Assembly (NCBI GenBank): GCA_944389965.1
Contig: CALXOI010000001.1
Location: forward strand, 1-57,175
Reading direction: 5' to 3'
Source: an uncultured Treponema sp.
GTDB lineage: Bacteria; Spirochaetota; Spirochaetia; Treponematales; Treponemataceae
Length of the DNA: 57,175 nt
Part shown: piece by piece, positions 9,933 through 17,394 of the stretch
Layout of the letters: every line of letters begins with the position of its first letter
Position numbering within the stretch: the first letter of the stretch is position 1
Notes under the pieces: model-generated
What the model saw: only the letters and a program-made list of their open reading frames with translations
Told to the model about the DNA's origin: nothing
Database searches by the model: none
Program-made: the position numbers and the translations under genes

Positions 9933-10577
9933 TCATTCCGGTTTTTGTATCACTGAATGACTGTGAATGTAAAATTCTTCTTGACTGGGTTGAACGCACC
10001 GCTCTAAGGGTTCAAAAGTTTTATCAAAATGCAGGGCAGCTTCTTTGTTAACCTGCATAACCGGACTGTCCCGGTATATCCAATGAGTTCCATTCAGGAC
10101 ACCCGGTACCAGTTCTTTTACCAGCATGGCTGACGGATAACTTCCATCTTCAAGACTGACGTTGTATTTACAACAGCTTTTAAATCCCCTGCTGACATAA
10201 TTACCCGGGTTACCGAATATAACGATTGTATCGTAGCCCAATTTGCCCGCCTGCTCAAAAGAGTATTCCATCAGTTGCTTTCCGTATCCTTTCCGCTGGT
10301 ATTCCGGCTGGATGCATACCGGTCCGAACGTCAATATTTCTTTTTTTTGTCCCGAGTCACCGGAAAGGGTTGCTTTTGTGTACATTATGTTTCCGATAAC
10401 CCGTCCGTCAAGTTCTGCTACAAAATCCAGCTGCGGAATAAAGTCAGGATGCTGCCTCATTATGTGAACCAGATAGTGTTCTACACATCCCGGTATGTAC
10501 AGATTGTAAAATGCCCGGCGGGTGATTTCTTCCACCGTGCGGAAATCTGTTTCCCGTTCGTTTCTGATAATAACCAT
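9933..10577 (-). CDS. GNAT family N-acetyltransferase
   Basis: IRNE..D, GPVCIQPEYQRKGYGKQL (motif A), FGNPGNYVSRGF; AGGAGG before ATG 10577. Confidence 0.9.
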   Translation of the reverse strand: MVIIRNERETDFRTVEEITRRAFYNLYIPGCVEHYLVHIMRQHPDFIPQLDFVAELDGRVIGNIMYTKATLSGDSGQKKEILTFGPVCIQPEYQRKGYGKQLMEYSFEQAGKLGYDTIVIFGNPGNYVSRGFKSCCKYNVSLEDGSYPSAMLVKELVPGVLNGTHWIYRDSPVMQVNKEAALHFDKTFEPLERCVQPSQEEFYIHSHSVIQKPE

Positions 10578-10608
10578 TGACACCTCCTGAAAACGTTATC
10601 CGCACAGA

Positions 10609-10932
10609 TTATTTTGTATATTGCTGCAATGTTGCTTCCACTAGATTCCGTACACTTTGAACGACCGCGGTACACAGGTCTTCCGGCAGTTCCCGTCCGG
10701 GGAATTCCGTGGAACAGTCCGGCAGAAATAAACGGCTTATGTCCGTGTCCAATGCATCGGTTATTTTTGCCAAAGTTTTATCACTGGGCCACAACCGCCG
10801 GCTTTCAATACTGTTGATTGTTTGTTCCGAAATATCTGCCTGTTCTGCAAGTTCAAACTGTGACCATTTCTTTTCTTTCCGCAACTGTTTTATGTTTGCT
10901 GACAGTCTGGTTTTTAGTTCCAGGGTATTCAT
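10609..10932 (-). CDS. XRE-family HTH regulator
   Basis: NIKQLRKEKKWSQFELAEQADISEQTINSIE; start placed at ATG 10932 because the upstream extension overlaps an operator. Confidence 0.88.
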   Translation of the reverse strand: MNTLELKTRLSANIKQLRKEKKWSQFELAEQADISEQTINSIESRRLWPSDKTLAKITDALDTDISRLFLPDCSTEFPGRELPEDLCTAVVQSVRNLVEATLQQYTK

Positions 10933-10966
10933 ATCATGATTTTTGCGTATTTGATTCAATATTAAC

Positions 10967-11065
10967 ACGTATTTATAATACGTAATATTCATATATTGTA
11001 TTGACAGTACTTAATTATATGTATTATTATTACGCAGAAATTATGTTTACGTATTTTTAATACGT
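10967..11065. promoter_or_regulatory. Operator region: palindromes ACGTATT-N3-AATACGT at 10967-10983 and 11049-11065, a degenerate copy at 11019-11035, and a sigma70-like promoter
   Basis: Two near-identical 17-bp palindromes; TTGACA at 11001-11006 with TATTAT 18 nt downstream. Confidence 0.72.
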
Positions 11066-11088
11066 ATCAAATATTCGGAGGTTTGTGG

Positions 11089-11700
11089 ATGAGAAGAAAA
11101 CAGTCAAAGCGGTTGTTTATGGTGGCAGCGGTTCTTTTGGGTTGCCTGATTCCTGCCGTTGCAGAAATTCCGCCGGTGTATGTTGGTGTCGAAGGTGGTT
11201 ATGGTGCTTCTGCGATAATTATTGCAGACGGAAGCGGAAGTGTTTCGTTCGGAGGACTTGAATTGACTCCGGTAATCGGTACCTATCCGCTGGGAACACG
11301 GAATTTCGGACTCGAATTAAACGTGCAGATGGCTTTTCAGAACTGCCTTGAAACAGGATTTGATGATGTTTCTTATACGGTATTTACCCCGCAGCTGGTG
11401 GCTGTTTACAATTTTACTTCGGTACCTTTTGTCCAGCCGTATATTGGTGCCGGAATAGGATATAACATCAACAATTTTTCTGGTTTTGATTCAGAAGTTG
11501 ATATGGCAAATGCGTTTTCTTTTGTTACAAAAGGAGGTGTCCGGTACAATATTCCGGGAACAACAATGCTGGTTCTGGCATATATAAAATATAATTTCAA
11601 CATGACTGAATTAACTGAGTCTTATGGAGGTGAAAGCTGGAAAGCAGATATCAATGCGGGTACGCTTTCATTCGGGCTTGGCTTTGGATATGTATTCTAG
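11089..11700 (+). CDS. Outer-membrane beta-barrel protein (OmpW/OmpA-like 8-stranded)
   Basis: Signal peptide ending AVA-E, alternating amphipathic strands, QPYIGAGIGY, terminal GLGFGYVF beta-signal; GGAGG RBS. Confidence 0.8.
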   Translation: MRRKQSKRLFMVAAVLLGCLIPAVAEIPPVYVGVEGGYGASAIIIADGSGSVSFGGLELTPVIGTYPLGTRNFGLELNVQMAFQNCLETGFDDVSYTVFTPQLVAVYNFTSVPFVQPYIGAGIGYNINNFSGFDSEVDMANAFSFVTKGGVRYNIPGTTMLVLAYIKYNFNMTELTESYGGESWKADINAGTLSFGLGFGYVF

Positions 11701-11721
11701 ATTTATTTTAAGGAGTGCAAA

Positions 11722-12189
11722 ATGAATAAAATCATATTTACGGCAGTGTGTTGTATTACTGCAGCAGCCTTTTTTACCGGGTGTGCTTCAAATACATACC
11801 GCGGGGTTGATTTATTAAACGGCAACGTTAACAAGGCCGGGGAATCAACGGAACGGAATGCCGGGGCCGGTGACACGGCGCTTGAAAATACCGTTATCCG
11901 GTGGTATATCGATTCGGCTCCCCGCGGTGCACGGGTATTCTACCGGGTAATCAGTTCCACCGGTGAAGTTCAGAATACAAATGAATCATATATTGGTGTG
12001 ACCCCATTGGAAGAAACAAAAAGTTTTGATATCCGTGGATTGTCATACGCAAATGCCGGTAATGTACGGATAGAAATCAAAGTATCCCGGTCTGGGTATT
12101 ACGAACAGAAAAAAGTATATAATCTGCAGCAGGCTGTAGACCAGCAGGAAATTTCTGGTTTCTTTGATTTGGTTCCCGTCGAAGAATAG
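11722..12189 (+). CDS. Lipoprotein with PEGA-like domain
   Basis: Lipobox FTGC; IDSAPRGARVF, YIGVTPL, IKVSRSGY resemble PEGA. Confidence 0.7.
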   Translation: MNKIIFTAVCCITAAAFFTGCASNTYRGVDLLNGNVNKAGESTERNAGAGDTALENTVIRWYIDSAPRGARVFYRVISSTGEVQNTNESYIGVTPLEETKSFDIRGLSYANAGNVRIEIKVSRSGYYEQKKVYNLQQAVDQQEISGFFDLVPVEE

Positions 12190-12218
12190 CATACTTTCTG
12201 CAAGGAAATGAGGGTATC

Positions 12219-12252
12219 CGGTATACGGGAAAATTTCCGTATACCGTTTTTT
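12219..12252 (+). terminator. Rho-independent terminator
   Basis: CGGTATACGG...CCGTATACCG followed by TTTTTT. Confidence 0.8.
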
Positions 12253-12516
12253 ATTTTCTATACAGCAAGTCATTGGTATCTTACGGGATTAACGTGTGGC
12301 CGGGAATAAATGCCAGGATTCTGTATGTTTTATCCGGCGGCAGGGTGTAGGCGACGGCAACTGTTCCGGCTACCGGGAACAAACAGGGATGAACTGTCTC
12401 AACGGTACATACCGGTTTCTTTGCGGACTGTGCCTATGCGCCCGGTGCCAGAAGATTCTGCTACCGGTAACAATTGGTGTAAATCATAGAAATAGGTTGA
12501 GCGTTCCGGTTTTGCG

Positions 12517-13722
12517 TCATGAGCCTACCGTTCTGCCGCCCCAAAGGGGAGAATTCCGGTTTTCCCGTTCAAGGACAGCATTGAAATCCGCTTCCGGGCA
12601 ACAGTTTTCTTCTATCTGGCCGGCGGTTTCATGCAGGCGCCGGATGCAGCCGGATTTGTCGGTGTATCCCAGCCGGGATTTTTCTATGGCGTCCCGCAGA
12701 ATCCGGATGCTTTCATCGTAAATGCGGGTAGGCACCGGGAACGGGTGTCCGTCTTTGCCGCCGTGGGCAAAACTGAACCGGGCAGGATCCCGGAACCGGG
12801 ACGGGGTACCGTAAATAACTTCGCTGACCAGGCACAGGGACTGGAGGGTGCGTGCTCCCAGACCCGGGGTAAGAAGCAGGCTGTCAAAGTCGGCGGGTTG
12901 TGACTCGTATGCGGTGGCGAGGACGGCGCCCAACCGCTTCAGGTCGGTGTCGGCGGCGGTTACATTGTGCCGGGCGGGCATGGACAGGTTACGGATTTCT
13001 GCCGGTGCCGGGGTATCCGGTTGCAGGATGTTTTTTAGTTCCCGGTTTATCCTGTCAGGCTCTTCCAGTGCCAAGGAGAGAACAGCGGCACGGGTTCCTG
13101 CCGCCGCCCTGTCGGTCAGGTTGAGGATGGTACCCTTGTTTTCCCCGGTAACGCCGGAATGGGGTTCTTCCGTAAAAGAGGCGAGGTTTTGGGAGCACCA
13201 GTGGTATCGGCGGGCGGTTTTTGTTGCCGGGTTCATTCCCTGCTGCACCACCGTCCAGTCCCCTTCAATTGAAAGGATGAAGTTGTGCTGGTACAGCTGG
13301 AATCCGTCCTGGACAGCGGTATTGTCTGTTTTGGCGCAAAGCCGGCTGGCGGTTATCAGCTTTCCGGCGTCAAGACCGGTGTGTTCCCCCAGATAGGTAA
13401 GCTCTTCCGGTGTTTTCCGGGAATATTTTCCCCGTCCGCCGCAGACACACAGCCCGAAGTCCTTTGCCCGGGGATTTATCCCCCGTTTCAGGGCGTAAAG
13501 CACGCTGGTGGTGATTCCGGAAGAATGCCAGTCCATGCCCAGCACCGCTCCCAGCGACTGGAACCAGAGGGGATCCGCCAGCCGCCGGAGAACTTCTTTT
13601 TTCCCGTAATTGATGAGGAGGGATTCTATAATCAGCGTGCCCAAGTCCCGCATCCGGTCCGCAAGCCAGCGGGGGACGGTACCCGTGTGAAGGGGCAGAT
13701 CTGCGTGTCCTGTAGATTTCAT
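12517..13722 (-). CDS. DUF763 family protein
   Basis: ADLPLH.G.VP.WL, LGMDWHSSGITT, WTVVQQGMN, ARRYHW, DPARFSFAHGGKDGHPFPV. Confidence 0.88.
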   Translation of the reverse strand: MKSTGHADLPLHTGTVPRWLADRMRDLGTLIIESLLINYGKKEVLRRLADPLWFQSLGAVLGMDWHSSGITTSVLYALKRGINPRAKDFGLCVCGGRGKYSRKTPEELTYLGEHTGLDAGKLITASRLCAKTDNTAVQDGFQLYQHNFILSIEGDWTVVQQGMNPATKTARRYHWCSQNLASFTEEPHSGVTGENKGTILNLTDRAAAGTRAAVLSLALEEPDRINRELKNILQPDTPAPAEIRNLSMPARHNVTAADTDLKRLGAVLATAYESQPADFDSLLLTPGLGARTLQSLCLVSEVIYGTPSRFRDPARFSFAHGGKDGHPFPVPTRIYDESIRILRDAIEKSRLGYTDKSGCIRRLHETAGQIEENCCPEADFNAVLERENRNSPLWGGRTVGS

Positions 13723-14038
13723 AATATGTCAGTGGTAATATTTTCTGTTTTCAATCTATCAGTTTTAGATTTTTGTTGCAAATATATTATATGTTGAATT
13801 GAAAATTACAATTTTTATTATACATATCAAAATTTTTTCCAGGAAAGTTAGTACAGATTCATCTGGTTTTAAATGAATCTGTAGAAATATTTCTAAAAGC
13901 AACATTTTTCTTTGTTAGTACCGGTAATCTGTTTGTAAATTTCTTGAATAAAGAATTATAGAAAACAAGTGTTCCTGAAAACATATCCCGTGTACAGAAA
14001 CACTTGTTTAATTCAATAGATTAGCTTTTTTCGGCTGG

Positions 14039-14550
14039 TTAAAAATGATACCTTATACCGGTACAAAAGCTTACCAAGTTATATATGAATAAGTCTGCTG
14101 ATGCAAAGCCTTGATTTGTAAAAACCATTGCGGTGGCATTACCAATTGCTGGATCATATGAAATGTATATATCCAATTTGTTTTGTAAAACTCCGAATTT
14201 CAAACCTATCATAGGATAAATAGCATACGCTATTCCCAGCGCAGATGATTCACCTTGACTGTTAAAAGCTATTCCTAATCTTCCTCCTGTTCCTATTTCC
14301 AGTCCCATATTGAAGGTTTGGGTATCAATAAATAGAAAATCATAATAGTATTCGGCAAAGGCTGTAATATTATCAAATGTTATGGGAACCGCAATTCCGG
14401 CAATGATTCCGGAATTTTCTGTATCTCCAAATATAGCTCCTAGTTGGATTCCATTTCCGAGCGAAACGCCACCTTTTAATCCAAAAGCAAAAATATTTAT
14501 AGAACCTAAAATCATTGTAAAAAGGTTATGATTAGAAATTTTTTCTTCAT
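14039..14550 (-). CDS. Putative small outer-membrane beta-barrel protein, frameshifted in the signal peptide (in-frame ORF begins at 14515)
   Basis: GAGGT RBS + ATG 14550 reads MKKKFLIITFLQ*; one extra base joins it to the ORF MILGSINIFA... ending in CTGIRYHF. Confidence 0.6.
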
Positions 14551-14663
14551 ACAGATTACCTCATATTGGTTTGTATTTATTGGATATCCAATATTACAAT
14601 ACTATAGTATTTATACTTTGTCAAGTAAATCAATACAATAGTATCATATAAGTTGACAGAGGT

Positions 14664-14945
14664 TTGAATTTGTTAAATGATAGGATAAGACAGCTCCGTA
14701 TGGAAAGTGGTATCAGCCAGGTCGAAATGGCAAAGATGTTATGTGTTTCCAAACAAAGTGTTTCAAACTGGGAAAATGATAATATCCAGCCATCTATAGA
14801 AATGCTGGTAAAAATAGCAAAGTTATTTTCTGTCAGTACAGATTTTCTTTTGGGGCAGGACAACAGGACTTTTATAGAAGTTTCAGGTCTTACGCAAACC
14901 CAGATTTTTCATATTCAACAGGTTATCGATGATATACGCTCATAA
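14664..14945 (+). CDS. XRE-family HTH regulator
   Basis: IRQLRMESGISQVEMAKMLCVSKQSVSNWEND..QPSIE.L, VSTDFLLG; exact TTG start (14664 or 14670) uncertain. Confidence 0.9.
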   Translation: MNLLNDRIRQLRMESGISQVEMAKMLCVSKQSVSNWENDNIQPSIEMLVKIAKLFSVSTDFLLGQDNRTFIEVSGLTQTQIFHIQQVIDDIRS

Positions 14946-15054
14946 TATTATCTAGTAATAATCAGCGGATAAGTTACTGCCGGTTAGCATTTTTTTTGGG
15001 TAGGTACGGTTATTCCTGTTGGAGGACCAAGGGTAAAACAAGTTTTCACCGTGT

Positions 15055-15714
15055 TTAATTTTTACAGAAGGTATCCTGTATTTCTTCCGGATTTTCAAAG
15101 ATAAATTCCGCCCCGGCTTTTTCAAATTCTTCCCTGCTTCCGAATCCCCACAAAACCCCGGCTGCCTTCAGACCTGCCCTGTGGGCTCCCTTAATGTCAT
15201 AATTCCTGTCCCCAATCATGAGGCATTTTTCTTTCTGCCCGGAAAGCCGGTTTTCAGATAAAACATAATTTATAACATCAACCTTTTCGCAGCGGACTTT
15301 TTCTTCAAAATCAGCCCCGCCTACAAAGTCAAAAAAACTGATGAGGCCTTTTTTTTCAAGGATTTGCTTTGTGTAAATTTCAGGCTTGCTGGTGGCAATG
15401 AAAACTTTCCTGCCTCTGGATTTGAGGGTCTGTATCAGCTCAATTACTCCCGGATAAAGGCTACACTGGAACATTCCTTCCTTTGAATAATAATTCCGGT
15501 AAACCTTAATGGCATTCTGTATTTCAGATTCAGGAAGGCGGAAAACCCTTGTAAAGCTTTCGCTTAAAGGCGGTCCGATCATTCTTGAAAAATCATCCCT
15601 GGTATTTTTAAGACCATAATGGACACAGACCTTTTCCAGGGAATTAAAAACCCCCTCCGAAGTGTCGAAAATAGTCCCGTCAAAATCGAAGAAAAAATAT
15701 TCAAAATCCTGCAT
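15055..15714 (-). CDS. HAD-family hydrolase (phosphoglycolate phosphatase/5'-nucleotidase-like)
   Basis: FDFDGT motif I, IATSK motif II, MIGDR..DI motif IV, GVLWGFGS. Confidence 0.9.
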   Translation of the reverse strand: MQDFEYFFFDFDGTIFDTSEGVFNSLEKVCVHYGLKNTRDDFSRMIGPPLSESFTRVFRLPESEIQNAIKVYRNYYSKEGMFQCSLYPGVIELIQTLKSRGRKVFIATSKPEIYTKQILEKKGLISFFDFVGGADFEEKVRCEKVDVINYVLSENRLSGQKEKCLMIGDRNYDIKGAHRAGLKAAGVLWGFGSREEFEKAGAEFIFENPEEIQDTFCKN

Positions 15715-15877
15715 AACCTGATTATAGAATTTTTTAAACTTTCCGCAAAGGGGAGTTTCCCGTAGCAAAGCCACTGTAAAACCGGGAAGGCCGGCTGTCT
15801 ATCCCGCAAAGGCTTTGTAACAAGGAAACAAGAATCCGCCGTTTCGATGCCAAAACAAAGCCCGGCGGCACAATCAG

Positions 15878-15927
15878 AGCTCTGTGCCACAAACCAAAGC
15901 TCTGTGCCACAACCAAAGCTCTGTGTC
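15878..15927 (+). repeat. Short tandem repeat AGCTCTGTGCCACAA(A)CCAA, about 2.5 copies
   Basis: Units at 15878-15897 and 15898-15916, partial unit at 15917-15927. Confidence 0.8.
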
Positions 15928-16087
15928 TTGCCCCGAATAAAACAGCTGTTCCGGTGCTTCGCCGGAACTCTGTGTTCCACTCTCAAAAACGACCTGTTAT
16001 ACCGTGGTTTTCCAGGAATTCCATATCAAGTAAATATATTTTATGGGGGTTGTTGATTAAAGCCCGTTCATAAGATATGCTGATTCC

Positions 16088-17317
16088 ATGAAAATCTGGC
16101 TTAAATATCTAATTGGTATCGTACTTGGTGTCGCAGCGGCATTAATTATCCCTTTTGAAAACAGAACTGCTTCTGATGTGTTAGCATTTTTAACTGATAT
16201 ATCAGTCCGTTTCGGCAGGTATACTATCCTGCCTGTGTTATTTTTCAGTGTTACGGTGGCTGTCTGCCGGTTGCAGGTTGCAAAACGGACATTGCAGCCA
16301 ACCGTGTTGATTCTGATAGTTACCGGTGCTTCCGCCGTTATGCTTACCGTAATAGGGTTAGTGACGGCGTTGATTGCTCCGTTGCCCCGGATTCCTATTC
16401 CCGCAGGAACAATGACTGATATTGCCGTGATTGATGTTCCGTCTCTGGTAACACGGTTGTTCCCCTATTCTGGATTTGAAGCTTTTTTAGACGGAGTATA
16501 TTTATTACCGTTGTTCCTTTTTGCAGGACTTGCCGGTGCTGGCTGTGCGGTAAATACGTCGGAATCCCGGCCTGCTATTACTTTATTTGATTCTCTGTCA
16601 AAGCTCGCATATAATGTGATGAGTTTTTTCGTGGACATGATGGCAATCGGGATGATTGCTGTTGCCTGCACATGGATGCTGGATACGGTATCTGTTTTTG
16701 AGGCAGGTGTATATACACCGGTTTTTATACTTTTAACGGTCAATTTTATTCTGGTTGTCTTTGTGTTATATCCGGTGCTGACGTATTTTCTCTGCCGGGG
16801 AACCCGCCCATTACGCATTCTCTATGCCAGTTTATGCCCGGTTCTCGTCGCATTTTTTTCCGGCGATACAAACCTTGTGTTGCCGGTTGCCCTCCGCCAC
16901 GGTGCGGAAAGCCTTGGTATCCGGAGGACAGTCAACTCGGTTACATATCCGGTATTTTCTGTATTTGCCCGGGGCGGATCTGCTTTGGTGACAGCCGTAT
17001 GTTTTGTTGTGATTTTATCTTCGTATTCCAGTTTAAGTATATCTGCCGGTGATATTTTTTGGATTGCCGGAATATCACTTGTGTTGTCTTTCGCTTTGGG
17101 ATGTTTTCCGGTGGGAGGAACATTTGTTGCATTGACTGTAATGTGTACTTTGTATGGAAGAGGGTTTGAAGCCGGATATTTGTTACTCAAACCGGCAGCT
17201 TTTTTGTTAGGTTCTTTTGCCGCTGCAATTGATGCCGCCACAGCTATGTTTGGTTCATATTTTACCGCATTCCATATGAAAATGATGGAACATTACGAAA
17301 TGAAGCGCTTTATTTAA
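16088..17317 (+). CDS. Dicarboxylate/amino acid:cation symporter family protein
   Basis: MKIWLKYLIGIVLG start, many TM helices, AFFSG...LP region; divergent member. Confidence 0.7.
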   Translation: MKIWLKYLIGIVLGVAAALIIPFENRTASDVLAFLTDISVRFGRYTILPVLFFSVTVAVCRLQVAKRTLQPTVLILIVTGASAVMLTVIGLVTALIAPLPRIPIPAGTMTDIAVIDVPSLVTRLFPYSGFEAFLDGVYLLPLFLFAGLAGAGCAVNTSESRPAITLFDSLSKLAYNVMSFFVDMMAIGMIAVACTWMLDTVSVFEAGVYTPVFILLTVNFILVVFVLYPVLTYFLCRGTRPLRILYASLCPVLVAFFSGDTNLVLPVALRHGAESLGIRRTVNSVTYPVFSVFARGGSALVTAVCFVVILSSYSSLSISAGDIFWIAGISLVLSFALGCFPVGGTFVALTVMCTLYGRGFEAGYLLLKPAAFLLGSFAAAIDAATAMFGSYFTAFHMKMMEHYEMKRFI

Positions 17318-17394
17318 ACCGAAAATATTGAGATTGCTGTATTTGTACCGGTCGGGAAAATCCGGCCGGTAATATTTGCCACTTATTTGTTATT

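Noticed and set aside
10609-14945. Prophage remnant suggested by two XRE repressors
   Set aside because: No integrase, structural, replication or lysis genes; the neighbours are envelope proteins.
15878-15927. Mini-CRISPR from the 19-20-nt repeats
   Set aside because: Units are directly adjacent with no unique spacers.
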